NCBI GenBank assembly: GCA_963772835.1
Contig: CAVYYZ010000003.1
Span: 205,222-269,221 of the forward strand
Length of the DNA stretch: 64,000 nucleotides
Direction of reading: 5' to 3'
Origin: an uncultured delta proteobacterium
GTDB lineage: Bacteria > Desulfobacterota > Desulfuromonadia > Geobacterales > Pseudopelobacteraceae
Both the position numbers and the translations under genes were made by a program. Below, piece after piece: positions 10,349-21,280 of this stretch. Position 1 is the stretch's first letter. Every line of letters starts with the position of its first letter. The notes under the pieces are model-generated. The model saw only the letters and a program-made list of their open reading frames with translations, had not been told where the DNA came from and did not search any database.

Positions 10349-10734
10349 ATGATCTCAATTTCAATTATTCTCCGTTTGATCGCCGGAATATTACTGTCTG
10401 CGATTCTGCTGACCGACCTTCCTGCCCGCGCTGCCACACTGGACAGCCATACGGTCGTATTGGATGAGGGGGGCAAAATCATCCCCTGATTGTTACAACA
10501 AATGCCAATTCAGTAGTGTTGGGTACAGGAAATGACCGGGATAGGGCGGTGGCCAGGACAGTAAGCCCTGATCAGACAATGATGAGCGAATTCCTGTCCC
10601 CGGCAGGGGATACGTTCTGGGTTCAGTACATCACTGCACCGGTAGTTTCCGCCGGAATGACGGCGACAATTTCCTGCATCGGGCCGACAGATGACCACTG
10701 GAACCTGGCGGCCATTGAGATAGTTGCCCAGTAG
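10349..10734 (+). pseudogene. Internally deleted secreted-protein gene: signal peptide plus N-terminus joined out of frame to a C-terminal beta-domain
   Basis: ATG 10349 gives MISISIILRLIAGILLSAILLTDLPARA-ATLDSHTVVLDEGGKIIP then TGA 10487. A shifted frame continues VTTNANSVVLGTGNDRDRAVAR..GDTFWVQ..WNLAAIEIVAQ to TAG 10734. Confidence 0.6.
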
Positions 10735-11136
10735 ACATAAGACATACTGTTGCTCATGGCACTCATTGCCTTGACGGAGGGTGCCATAAACAACATCCCG
10801 GAAATTTTCAGTAGAACAGCTCCGGATGTTAACTTTTCTACATCGCAGTAAGATTCTTCTCAAGTCTGCATTTATGGCATTTCATTCCCTCCAGGCAAAT
10901 ATATATATAACATCCGCCATCCTCTGTAATGTCAGCAACATCCTGTAATTTAACAAATATATATTTGGCATCATGCGTGAATGGTGAATTTGTTAATTGA
11001 TTGATACGTGGCGTTTTCACATTGCCGCGTACCATTCTATTTCGCTACACGATGTAATTTAATGATTCATATAAGCAAATTTTATACAAATCTATACGTA
11101 TGTCATCCGCCGCCGGGGTAGAAAAGGTCTAAATTA

Positions 11137-12921
11137 ATGCCAACCAAACAGATGGTACATAAAACAGCCGATGTCGATTTGTCAGTAACCAAAATCAACG
11201 ATGCCTGCAATGTATCCGGGATTCAAGCATCAGAACACATTGCATTCAGGCACTCCATTTGCGATTGGTGTCTCAGGAAAGCACAGCATTTTATGGATCG
11301 AAATATGCTTGAAGAAGGTTTACGCTGGGATCTCCTGGCGGGGCATATAGCCCATTTCGACTGTTCTCCTCTGTCGTCTCCGTTGATAGAGTCACACCTT
11401 GTGGACGTTGCTTCACGTCTACCCACTCCTGAGCTGGTCAGAGAACCCACTGGTCAAAAGCCGCGTCGATGGCTGCATGTCCTTAATGTGGCGTTCCCGG
11501 TGGGAGGTCATACCGCCATGGCGGCCAGGTGGATGACGCTGGATCCTGATCATAACAGGCACAGCGTAGTACTTCTCGATCAACGTCAAGAAGTCCCGTC
11601 CTCTCTTCTGGATGCCGCAGAAAAGACGGGAGGCGTCGTCGAAGTATTAGATCCGGATGAATCGATTATGAGTCGGGCGGTGTGGTTGAGGAATTATGTG
11701 TGGCAGGAGGCCGATGTTGTGGTGCTCCATGTTACATCGTTCGATGTGATTACAACGGTGGCTTTGGGAATTCCCGGAGGGCCGCCGGTACTGCTGGTCA
11801 ATCACGCCGCCCATATATTCTGGATAGGATGTTCCGTGGCCGATCTGGTACTCAATTGTCGTGGATCGGCACTGGAGCACGATTGGACGGTTCGTTACCG
11901 CGGTATCGACCCCCAGCGGAGTCTGACCCTGCCTATCCCGCTTCCTTCTCCCCGGTCGATCCACGAGAAAGAAGACTCCGCTGATCTCAGGCAAAAATCC
12001 AAGACCGCCATGTCCCTGCCGCCCGGAGCACTGGTTATACTGACTGTGGGGAGTTCCTTTAAATACATGCCGATGCCAGGCATCGATTTTTTGGATGCAG
12101 CGCTGCAGATTCTGCAAAAAAATGCGGACTTTTACCTGATTGCTGTCGGAGTAGATGAGGACGCACGCTGGAAAGAGGTCAAGGACAGAAGCGGGGGACG
12201 ATTACGTGCGGTGGGGCGACAGCAGGATCTGAGTCCGTATCATGCAGCGGCAGACGTCTATATTGAAGGGTTCCCGTTCGGGTCGACAACAGCCCTGCTT
12301 GAAGCGGGATTGCGCGGCATTCCATGCGTACTTGCGCCTGCGATCTGCCCTCCGCCGTTTACATCTGACGGGGTGGCGCTTGAAGTGCTGGATCGACCGA
12401 TCGACCTGGATGATTACGTCAGGGTCATCACTTCACTGCTTGCGGACAGTTGCGAAAGAACGAGGATCGGTAGTTTACTGGCGGAATCAATTGCGGCCCA
12501 TCACGGAGCAACCGGCTGGGAAGGATATCTGGATGTGATCAAGCAAAAACTTCCGATATCCCACAGTATATATAGCATGCGTGCCGCTCCATCCGTACCG
12601 GTCGGTATTGTGAACTACTGGGCCGGTTTTTCAAGTCTGGTGCAAAACGACCCGCTGGTCATAGTGATAAAAGAGGCGCTCAGACTGGGCTTGAAACCCG
12701 GATTAGATTTGCCGTTGAAGGAGGCAATACACGCATCCAAATCTTTTAGAAAGAACTATGAGTTGATTGACCTACTGGCCGCACTGACAGGTCCGATTTC
12801 ATCATTTCTGCCGTCGGTAACCTCCTCCGGTTTCTATGACAGACCTGTTTTCAATTTTCCGGCCTGGGGGGAAAATTATGCGCTCACGGTCAAAAATCAT
12901 GAACATATGCTCTGTGGGTGA
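11137..12921 (+). CDS. Glycosyltransferase, GT-B/GT4-like
   Basis: GGHT in the N-terminal lobe; AADVYIEGFPFGSTTALLEAGLRGIP C-terminal GT-B motif. Confidence 0.78.
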   Translation: MPTKQMVHKTADVDLSVTKINDACNVSGIQASEHIAFRHSICDWCLRKAQHFMDRNMLEEGLRWDLLAGHIAHFDCSPLSSPLIESHLVDVASRLPTPELVREPTGQKPRRWLHVLNVAFPVGGHTAMAARWMTLDPDHNRHSVVLLDQRQEVPSSLLDAAEKTGGVVEVLDPDESIMSRAVWLRNYVWQEADVVVLHVTSFDVITTVALGIPGGPPVLLVNHAAHIFWIGCSVADLVLNCRGSALEHDWTVRYRGIDPQRSLTLPIPLPSPRSIHEKEDSADLRQKSKTAMSLPPGALVILTVGSSFKYMPMPGIDFLDAALQILQKNADFYLIAVGVDEDARWKEVKDRSGGRLRAVGRQQDLSPYHAAADVYIEGFPFGSTTALLEAGLRGIPCVLAPAICPPPFTSDGVALEVLDRPIDLDDYVRVITSLLADSCERTRIGSLLAESIAAHHGATGWEGYLDVIKQKLPISHSIYSMRAAPSVPVGIVNYWAGFSSLVQNDPLVIVIKEALRLGLKPGLDLPLKEAIHASKSFRKNYELIDLLAALTGPISSFLPSVTSSGFYDRPVFNFPAWGENYALTVKNHEHMLCG

Positions 12922-13031
12922 TCATGACAAGTCTGAGACTATTTCATCTCAAGCTATGAAAAGGGTGGGGCAGGAGTTGACTTCTTCATAACGATATATA
13001 TGTGCCGCTCAATAGCAAAAGGGAGATCTTT

Positions 13032-15254
13032 ATGGATATAAGCATTATTATATGTACGTATAACAGATGCAACAGCCTAAAGACGACAATGGATAGTGTT
13101 TTATCTGCTGATATCAATGATGGCATTGACCTGGAAATCGTAGTTGTTGATAACAATTCCACTGATGCAACAGCAGAGGTTGTACGCAATTATGCAGACA
13201 GCACAGATATTACAATACGTTACATTATTGAGCAGAAACAAGGTCTGTCCTATGCCCGCAACAGGGGAATAAGGGAGGCTGAAGGGAATGTACTGGCGTT
13301 TATTGATGATGATGTAATAGTCGCAAAAGACTGGATAAACAGTATATTTTCCACCTTCCAGGACAGCGCGGTGTCCTGTGCGGGAGGAAGGATTTATCCT
13401 GTTTGGCTGGAGAGTCGTCCAAAATGGTTGAATCAGGAGTTTCATAAATATTTATCCCTGCTTGACCTCGGCAATGAGAGGATCAGGATGGACAAACCGG
13501 GGATATGGGGAGCAAATCTTATTTTCAGGGCTTCCCTGTTTGAAACATACGGGATGTTCGACACAGCACTTGGAAGAACAGCAGGAAAACTATATGGAGA
13601 AGAGGAAGTCGTTGTTGTAAAAAGACTCATTGATAACGGGGCAGGTGTCTATTATGTCCCGGAAATCGTGGTGCATCATTGTATAGGCCCAGCCAGAATG
13701 AAAAAATCGTATTACAGGAAGTGGTATTTTGATACGGGAGAGCTCGCCGGCATTCAATTAGGGCATTATCCTCATCGTAACTTGAATGGTGTGCCATATT
13801 ATGTATTGAAGGATTTTTTCTTTGCCTTGGGACGCTTTATTGCCGGTATAATCAGACAACCTGAAAACATATTTCTTTCTGAATTGTCCCTGTTAGGGAA
13901 AGCAGGTTTTATTAACGGCAGATGTATGTTTCAAAAGTCTCTAAAAGTCCACACAAGCGCCGGTCGCCCCGAATACAACAAAATGACTCCCGCATTACCG
14001 CAATCCAAAGATAAAGTTCTTATTGTTTCACCTGCTATTCCCCGCCCCGATATGAATTCCGGAGATATGCGACTCAGTTCACTGATCGATATTCTCGCCC
14101 AAAAATATTCGATAACCTTCATTTCTGTAGAGTATAAACCCGGAGATGATCGATACATTTCTCGTTTGGAAGGATCAGGAGTCACCGTCTATTCCAAGCA
14201 GTTTTCTCTGTTGAATATGCTTAAAAATGAGCAGTTTAAGATCGCAATCATGGAGTTCTACTTCACAGCAGAATTTTATCTCAACCGGATACGGATTCTT
14301 CAGCCTGAATGCCGTGTGATTGTTGACAGTGTCGATGTTCATTATCTCCGCTTGAAGCAAAAGTACGATCTTACGAAAGATGAAGCTGACCTGGCGATAT
14401 ATGAGGAAACAAAAGAAAAAGAAATTAATGTCTACCGTAAGGCCGATGCGGTTATTACAGTCACCACGGATGATGCCGCAGCTCTTATCAAGGAGAGCTC
14501 AGACATCCGGTGTGAGGTAGTGCCAAATATTCATGAGATAAGCCTTACTGATGCCTCTCCGGAGAAGAATACGCTCATTTTTGTCGGCGGATTTTCTCAC
14601 GATCCAAATATAGATGCAGTTCTTTATTTTTGCAGAGAAATTCTGCCGCTGATCAGAAAGAACAAACCGGATGTCCACGTTATGATTGTAGGGAGCAACC
14701 CGCCGGATGAGATTGTAAGGCTTGGCAGTGATAGTGTCACGGTGACCGGTTATGTGCCGACTACCACCACGTATCTCCACAGAAGCTGCGTTTCTGTAGC
14801 TCCTCTCCGTTATGGTGCCGGCATGAAGGGAAAGATAGGGGAAGCCATGGCACATGGAGTCCCTGTGGTTACAACTCCGGTCGGGGCACAGGGCATGGGT
14901 CTTACTGATCGTAAAAACGTCATGATCTCCGACTCTCCCCAACATTTTGCCGCTGCCGTCGTGGAGTTGCTGAATGATCGTAGTCTCTATGACTCTATCA
15001 GGAATGATGCTGTACGCATCATTGATGATAACTACACGACACCTCAGGTCGCGAAAAGCATGATCGATGTTATTGAAAAGGTATGTAACAGCCAGGTTAA
15101 GCGTATGAGCCTTGTTGGCAAGGCGCTGTTTTTGAAGGACTACGTGATGGATCATGTCAAATCAAGGTTCAATTCTACCGGGGTTGAATACGGAGTTACT
15201 CCTAACCGCACCGCCCGGCTATCAATCTCAGGAGTTTCAAATGACGCACGATGA
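13032..15254 (+). CDS. Bifunctional GT2 + GT4 glycosyltransferase
   Basis: ISIIICTYNR, VVDNNSTD and FIDDD (GT2) followed by APLRYGAGMKGKIGEAMAHGVP (GT4); RBS before ATG 13032. Confidence 0.9.
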   Translation: MDISIIICTYNRCNSLKTTMDSVLSADINDGIDLEIVVVDNNSTDATAEVVRNYADSTDITIRYIIEQKQGLSYARNRGIREAEGNVLAFIDDDVIVAKDWINSIFSTFQDSAVSCAGGRIYPVWLESRPKWLNQEFHKYLSLLDLGNERIRMDKPGIWGANLIFRASLFETYGMFDTALGRTAGKLYGEEEVVVVKRLIDNGAGVYYVPEIVVHHCIGPARMKKSYYRKWYFDTGELAGIQLGHYPHRNLNGVPYYVLKDFFFALGRFIAGIIRQPENIFLSELSLLGKAGFINGRCMFQKSLKVHTSAGRPEYNKMTPALPQSKDKVLIVSPAIPRPDMNSGDMRLSSLIDILAQKYSITFISVEYKPGDDRYISRLEGSGVTVYSKQFSLLNMLKNEQFKIAIMEFYFTAEFYLNRIRILQPECRVIVDSVDVHYLRLKQKYDLTKDEADLAIYEETKEKEINVYRKADAVITVTTDDAAALIKESSDIRCEVVPNIHEISLTDASPEKNTLIFVGGFSHDPNIDAVLYFCREILPLIRKNKPDVHVMIVGSNPPDEIVRLGSDSVTVTGYVPTTTTYLHRSCVSVAPLRYGAGMKGKIGEAMAHGVPVVTTPVGAQGMGLTDRKNVMISDSPQHFAAAVVELLNDRSLYDSIRNDAVRIIDDNYTTPQVAKSMIDVIEKVCNSQVKRMSLVGKALFLKDYVMDHVKSRFNSTGVEYGVTPNRTARLSISGVSNDAR

Positions 15255-16200
15255 TCTGATCAGTGTCATAATTCCTACCTACAACGGGAGTAAATATCTC
15301 CTTTCAACGGTACAGTCGGCTCTCAACCAGACCTACAGACCGATTGAAGTGATTGTCGTAGACGATGGTTCCACGGAGAATACTGCCGCAGCCCTTAAAC
15401 CTGTAATGAACCGGATTACCTATATCCGTCAGGAAAACCGTGGTCCGGCTGCTGCGAGAAATCACGGCATACTGATGAGTAAAGGGAACTATATTGCGTT
15501 TCTGGACCATGATGATATATGGATGCCGGACAATCTGCTGGGGAAGATAGCACTCCTGAGAGACAATCCGGAATGCGCCATGGTGTACAGCTATCCTGAA
15601 CTGATAGACGCAGCAGGAAAATCCCTTCCACAGACGTATCATTTAGTCTGCCCGAGCGGTTGGGTGTTCGAGGATTTTCTTCACCACAACCGGATTGCGA
15701 CGTTTTCCTCTACATTGATCTGCAGAAACATTTTCGAAAATGTGGGAATGCTGGATGAAAGCCCCGAAATTACCTGCTGTGATGACTATGATATGTGGCT
15801 ACGGATAACGGATATGCATAAAATAATATTTTCACCAGACAAAACCGTCAAATACAGAATCCATGAGCAGAATCTCCTGAAAAATCACTCGTTAAGCTTC
15901 AATTCAAACATACATGTTTTCAGAAAAGCACTGAAGGACTGCGGCACTGTTTCGCACCTGCCACAAAAAAAACTTTCAAACATAGTCAATGAGCATCTCT
16001 ACATAAAATATTCTGTCTACGCCTTCAACTTTTACTATGACATGTGCAATTACAAATTGGCACGAGATCTTCTCTGGCGTTGCGTTCGATTGCAGCCGTA
16101 CACCCTTAAAAACTGGGCATATTTACTGTTATGTTTATTCCCTTCACCCTTCATCACCAGGTTGAGGTCAGCAAAATCAATGATGAAAGAAATGATATGA
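15241..16200 (+). CDS. Glycosyltransferase family 2
   Basis: ISVIIPTYN, VVDDGS and FLDHDD motifs; AGGAG RBS. Confidence 0.9.
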   Translation: MTHDDLISVIIPTYNGSKYLLSTVQSALNQTYRPIEVIVVDDGSTENTAAALKPVMNRITYIRQENRGPAAARNHGILMSKGNYIAFLDHDDIWMPDNLLGKIALLRDNPECAMVYSYPELIDAAGKSLPQTYHLVCPSGWVFEDFLHHNRIATFSSTLICRNIFENVGMLDESPEITCCDDYDMWLRITDMHKIIFSPDKTVKYRIHEQNLLKNHSLSFNSNIHVFRKALKDCGTVSHLPQKKLSNIVNEHLYIKYSVYAFNFYYDMCNYKLARDLLWRCVRLQPYTLKNWAYLLLCLFPSPFITRLRSAKSMMKEMI

Positions 16201-16362
16201 TTCCTCAAAAATATACCTGCCTCAAATCTAACAATGTAAACATTTTTACAATCCGCTTCTCCCCCTGTCAGTAAAGCTTCCATCGTATCTTACGCAGTAA
16301 ATCAATTCACATATTTCACATCAAATAAGTTCGCAACGTGCTGTAAAAACGTCGAATAAATG

Positions 16363-16378
16363 TGGCACTAATAGTGCT
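16363..16378 (+). promoter_or_regulatory. Sigma54 (-24/-12) promoter
   Basis: TGGCACTAATAGTGCT = GG-N10-GC, about 55 bp upstream of the DegT-like gene. Confidence 0.65.
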
Positions 16379-16431
16379 ATCCAGTAGTTGATGTACGTAT
16401 CTGCTGCCTCATGATCAAGAGAGGTTTTCGT

Positions 16432-17634
16432 ATGGTAATGCGTATAGGAAGAACTCTTCCCCCTGCGGCATCGCCGTTTAATCTCAATGATATCGTGTCA
16501 GGGATAGCCGGTCTTATTGAAGGGGAGGGTGAAGTAAAGAGGTTCGAGGAGAGCCTCAAGATGTTTTTCCAGGTCAGATACTGTTTTGCCGTTTCGTCCG
16601 GGAAGGCAGCCCTTGTCATAATACTTCAAGCATTGCATGAAATATATCCTGATAAAGATACGGTTTTGATACCAGCATATACCTGCTACTCGGTTCCGTC
16701 AGCGATAATACGGGCAGGATTAAAAGTCCGGTTGTGCGACATGGCGCCTGATACCCTCGATTTTGATTTCGACCGAATCGTTGAGGAATTGGAGAATCCC
16801 TGTCTCCTCTGCGTGATCCCCACCCACTTGTTTGGTATCCCGTCCGATGTAGAGCGGCTTCAGTCTTTGATAAATCAACGCGATATATTTGTTCTGGAAG
16901 ACGCCGCACAGGCAATGGGTGGAGAATGGAACGGGAAAAAAACCGGAACGCTGGGTGATGTCGGATTGTTCAGTCTGGGTCGCGGGAAGGCCTTCTCAAC
17001 TGTAGAGGGTGGATTAATTCTGACAGACAACGACCAGATCGGGCAGATGCTTGAAAAACGACTGGCTACTATACACGGATATGGAACCTTCGACTGTCTG
17101 AAACTGCTCCTTAATGCGGTCGCACTGTCGGTTCTCGTTGACCCAAGGATATACTGGTTGCCGAAATCGCTGCCATTTTTGAAACTGGGAGAAACACATT
17201 TCAACCCATCATTTCCAATCAGGAAGATGTCGCCTTTTCAAGCGGGAATGGCTAAAAAATGGGAGTCGGCACTTAATAAACTTACATCAGCACGTTTGAT
17301 AACTGCCAAAAAACTAGCAGTCTACGGGATGCAGTCTGTGGGAACAAGCAAGGGGACGTTTCCTGATTTGATCCGGTTTCCCGTGCTGCTTGCAAATACG
17401 GAAACCAAAAAAAAGATACTCCGGAAAGGTGAAAAGATGGGAATAGGAATATCCGGCGGGTATCCCGATTCTATCAATGGAATTGATGAACTCCGGGATT
17501 TTTTTGAGGGGAATACGTTTCCGGAGGCAAAAAAAATCGCAGAAAGATTAGTTACTTTCCCTGTGCACCGTTTTGTTAACGGGAGTGATGTAAAAAACAT
17601 CACACATTTGTTCAGGTCACAGTCAATCAACTGA
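16432..17634 (+). CDS. DegT/DnrJ/EryC1/StrS family PLP-dependent aminotransferase-like protein
   Basis: SSGKAAL, THLFG, EDAAQA and FSLGRGKAFSTVEGG (PLP lysine loop). Confidence 0.88.
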   Translation: MVMRIGRTLPPAASPFNLNDIVSGIAGLIEGEGEVKRFEESLKMFFQVRYCFAVSSGKAALVIILQALHEIYPDKDTVLIPAYTCYSVPSAIIRAGLKVRLCDMAPDTLDFDFDRIVEELENPCLLCVIPTHLFGIPSDVERLQSLINQRDIFVLEDAAQAMGGEWNGKKTGTLGDVGLFSLGRGKAFSTVEGGLILTDNDQIGQMLEKRLATIHGYGTFDCLKLLLNAVALSVLVDPRIYWLPKSLPFLKLGETHFNPSFPIRKMSPFQAGMAKKWESALNKLTSARLITAKKLAVYGMQSVGTSKGTFPDLIRFPVLLANTETKKKILRKGEKMGIGISGGYPDSINGIDELRDFFEGNTFPEAKKIAERLVTFPVHRFVNGSDVKNITHLFRSQSIN

Positions 17635-17651
17635 AAATAGGGTGAGATGAA

Positions 17652-18585
17652 GTGATCAGTGTAATTATTCCGACATACAACTGCGAAAAATATATCTGTG
17701 AAGCACTGGACAGCGTGCTTCACCAAACTTATTCAGATTACGAAATAATTGTTATTGACGATGGGTCAACTGACAATACCAGAGCGATTATCGACGGTAG
17801 ATACCATTCAGTTCGATATTTTTATGTGAAGAATAACGGCGTTGCAGCTGCAAGGAATGTGGGCATATCAAAGGCACGAGGGAGGGCTGATTGCCTTTCT
17901 TGATGCCGATGACAAGTGGCTGCCGAAAAAGCTGGAGAAGCAGGCGGCATTATTTGATGAAGATATCAATTTGGGAATGGTATTTACGGAAAACTTTTTC
18001 TTCAATGAAAACGGATTACTATCAGATAAAATAAATAAGCGAGCACGCTTGATGCGGGGAGATATTGTAAAAAATATTTTTATGAACAGTTATGTCGTTA
18101 CCTCCACTGTAATGGTCCGAAAGAACGTATTTGAGTCGGTCGGGCTGTTCGAGGAAGAATTGATAGTCGCTGAAGACGATAACATGTGGATGCGAATCGG
18201 TATGAAATATCGTGTGATACTTCTTGATGAATCAATGCTTATGTATCGAATAACAGAAGGGAGTCTGAGTAGAAGAGATCATAATGTATTTACAGGAGTG
18301 AGCGCAAGTATCAGAATTATCAAGATAAAATATCCTGATTTATGTAAGCGGCTTGGAAAATCATCAATCAGAAGAAAATATTCTGAGTTGTTTTATTCAG
18401 AAGGATATCACTGCTTTTCACAGGGCAGGCAGAAGGAAGCTCGATGCAATTTCGTCAAAAGTTACTGTAACTGGCCTCTGAAATTTAAATCATTATTGTA
18501 TATGGCTTCGACATATTTCCCGCAGGGGTTAATAGAAAGAATCCGGGATGCAAAAATGAGATTCTGTAACCAGGCAAATATATGA
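17652..18585 (+). pseudogene. Glycosyltransferase family 2 split by a 1-bp frameshift (real or sequencing error)
   Basis: The ISVIIPTYN..ARNVGISKARG frame switches in the G-rich run near 17880 to LIAFLDADD. Confidence 0.85.
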
Positions 18586-19856
18586 CTGATATGTATACAT
18601 TAGAACTTAAAGACATTGTGCACACCTTGAGAACCGAAAGCACGGTATACCTCATAGTTTTGTTGTATCTGTTTTTTGAATATGTAAGGCCTCAAAGCTT
18701 ATATCCGGCCATAGATATTATTCCGTATGGCAAGATAATCATATCTATGTGCCTGATATTGTACCTCCTGCAAAAAAAGAGAAATGATGTAAGCAACACA
18801 GCAAATATATTAATGGTCTTATTTTTATCTGTAATTCTGATGTCGTCATTTTTTGCGCTTTCTCTTGAATTATCCATGTCCTATTGGTCAGATTTCATTG
18901 CGTGGATGCTTGTTTATTACCTGATAACTAACATTGTAAACACAGAAAAAAGATTTCTTATCTTCATTCTACTCTTCCTTTTGTGCAGCTTTAAAATGGC
19001 CCAATTCAGCACCAGAGGTTGGATTGCGGGAGGAAGAGGATATTCGACGTACGGGTTTGGAGGAGGACCGGGGTGGTTTCATAATTCGGGCGAATTCGGT
19101 ATTCAAATGTGCATTTTTTTCCCGCTCGCCTTCTATTTCTACCTTTCTTTAAAAAATTTATGGCCAAAATGGAAAAAGATCATGTTTTCTCTTATACCCA
19201 TTACCGGTTTTCTGGGCTTAATAACCAGTTCAAATCGGGGGTCCTTAGTAGGGGGAGCTGCGGTCGTATTCTGGATGTTCCTCAAAAGCAGATACAGGGT
19301 AAAGGCGTTGTGTGGTCTGCTTCTTGTCGGAGTTCTGGCGTTCAAGCTTGTACCGGCGGAACAGATCACCCGTTTCCAGGAGGCCGGTGAGGACAAAACC
19401 TCCGTTTCAAGGCTTGATAACTGGAAAAAAGGTTTAAAAATGGCAGAGATGTATCCTGTATTTGGAGTTGGTTACAAAAACTGGCAGGTTGCGGACAGGG
19501 AAATTTTTGATGGTAATGGTCTTTTATCGCACAACATTTTTGTAGAATGCCTCTCTGAGCTTGGTTACGTTGGCCTTACTGTATTTGTACTGCTGATATA
19601 TTCTACATTTTCAAATAATCACCAAACAAGAAAAATTGCGTTGAAAAACGAATTAAATGAAAATAAATTTATATATTACATGGCTCACGGGTTGGATGCA
19701 GCGTTAATTGGATATCTCGTTAGTGGATTTTTTGTCACAGTTCTGTTCTACCCATATTTCTGGATCAATCTATCAATGACAGTGGCGTTGAACCACATTG
19801 CGAAATCAAGATATCAACCAAGTGATATAGGTAGTTCAACAAGGTCAAGAGCATAA
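18582..19856 (+). CDS. O-antigen ligase/Wzy-like polytopic membrane protein
   Basis: Many hydrophobic segments; SSNRGS, FGVG..N and SHNIFVECLSELG motifs. Confidence 0.85.
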   Translation: MTDMYTLELKDIVHTLRTESTVYLIVLLYLFFEYVRPQSLYPAIDIIPYGKIIISMCLILYLLQKKRNDVSNTANILMVLFLSVILMSSFFALSLELSMSYWSDFIAWMLVYYLITNIVNTEKRFLIFILLFLLCSFKMAQFSTRGWIAGGRGYSTYGFGGGPGWFHNSGEFGIQMCIFFPLAFYFYLSLKNLWPKWKKIMFSLIPITGFLGLITSSNRGSLVGGAAVVFWMFLKSRYRVKALCGLLLVGVLAFKLVPAEQITRFQEAGEDKTSVSRLDNWKKGLKMAEMYPVFGVGYKNWQVADREIFDGNGLLSHNIFVECLSELGYVGLTVFVLLIYSTFSNNHQTRKIALKNELNENKFIYYMAHGLDAALIGYLVSGFFVTVLFYPYFWINLSMTVALNHIAKSRYQPSDIGSSTRSRA

Positions 19857-20055
19857 TAATGGCATTAAACTGATTGTAAAAAATGAGTCTGTCCACCAAC
19901 TTTTTCCCGGAGTAGAATCGTTTCAGTGCATGAAAAAAAGTTCATTTTAGTCCGTATAAATTTATATCAGTAATTTAAATGATCATCATCTCTGTCTGCA
20001 ATGAAAGACATTGCCTGATGGCTCTTAGAATATTACTTATTAATAGGGGGTAATA

Positions 20056-21099
20056 ATGCTATCTGAATTATATGCCTGTCCCGTTTGTAGTGAAAACCTT
20101 GAACAGGAGAATTCAAGTTATCGATGCATTTCTTGCATGGAGGAATTCCCGATTATTGAAAATATTCCTATTTTTGGCGATTTAAGTACTTATTATGGGG
20201 AAGTCGAGCGTAATACAATGACGGAACTGATTAGGACGACGGTTCTAGATGGCCACGAAAAGGCGATTTCCAACATAATTAAGGATCCTTTTGTCGTGAA
20301 ATACGTGCTTGATGAAAGTCGAGCTTTATGGACTAACTTTCTACCAATCGATCATCATACAAAGTTTCTTGATGTAGGTTGCGGATGGGGAACGTTGTCT
20401 ATCCCTATTGCCAGAATAGCCGGCCATGTGACCGCAATAGATGCCACTATGGAGCGCGTTAAATTTGTGGAAATAAGGGCTCAGCACAGTGGTATATCCA
20501 ATATATCACCTGTGTTAGGTTCAGCAACTGCTCTCCCTTTTCCTAGGGAAAGTTTCGATATGATTGCATTTAATGGCGTTTTGGAATGGTTGGGAGCAAT
20601 AAATACAAAAGAATCTCCTTATAAGATTCAGATTCAGGCTTTGAGGGAAGCCTATAGGGTACTTAAACCTGGAGGTCTTATCTATGTCGGCATTGAAAAT
20701 CGATATAGTCTTAGATATTTTCTCGGTCAAGTTGACGATCACAGCTTCCTAAGATTCACAAGTCTTATGCCAAGATGGATGGCCCAAGCATATTACAAAA
20801 TGAGAACATCAAATAATTATTTTATGCATACTCATTCTTTGCCTGAATATCGCAAAATGCTCAACTCTTCTGGATTCACCAAAGTAAAAGAATATCACCC
20901 TTGGCCAACATACCGAAATCCAACAGAATTCGCTGAGCTTGAATATCGCTCAATTTTGAAACATTTACGTGAAAAAGCACAACTTGAGCATGTACCTAAT
21001 AGGAAATGGATATATATTCAATTATTAAAGGCTATTACTGCTATAGATAAACAAGGTTTATTCTGCCATTCCTTTTCTTTTATCTATAAAAAGCTATGA
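20056..21099 (+). CDS. Class I SAM-dependent methyltransferase with N-terminal Trm112-like zinc ribbon
   Basis: CPVC..CISC; FLDVGCGWG; LPF..ESFD; RVLKPGG. Confidence 0.88.
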   Translation: MLSELYACPVCSENLEQENSSYRCISCMEEFPIIENIPIFGDLSTYYGEVERNTMTELIRTTVLDGHEKAISNIIKDPFVVKYVLDESRALWTNFLPIDHHTKFLDVGCGWGTLSIPIARIAGHVTAIDATMERVKFVEIRAQHSGISNISPVLGSATALPFPRESFDMIAFNGVLEWLGAINTKESPYKIQIQALREAYRVLKPGGLIYVGIENRYSLRYFLGQVDDHSFLRFTSLMPRWMAQAYYKMRTSNNYFMHTHSLPEYRKMLNSSGFTKVKEYHPWPTYRNPTEFAELEYRSILKHLREKAQLEHVPNRKWIYIQLLKAITAIDKQGLFCHSFSFIYKKL

Positions 21100-21280
21100 T
21101 TTTATATGCTTATTGAATTGATTGTTTTGGGTTCTTTTCACCATAAGTACCATCTTTCTTGAGATCTGAAAAAGTTGCCGAATTATCAAAGGGCTCTTTA
21201 TACACAGACCACTTCTTTAGTCAGATCTTAATGGAGGATGATGGATGACTTGTACGTTGTAATGAATCGCCACCAGTTAT

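Noticed and set aside
10748..10795. Imperfect hairpin TGTTG..ATGGCAC..GTGCCAT..CAACA as an ncRNA
   Set aside because: No recognisable family motif; it is plausibly just a terminator or stability hairpin after the operon.
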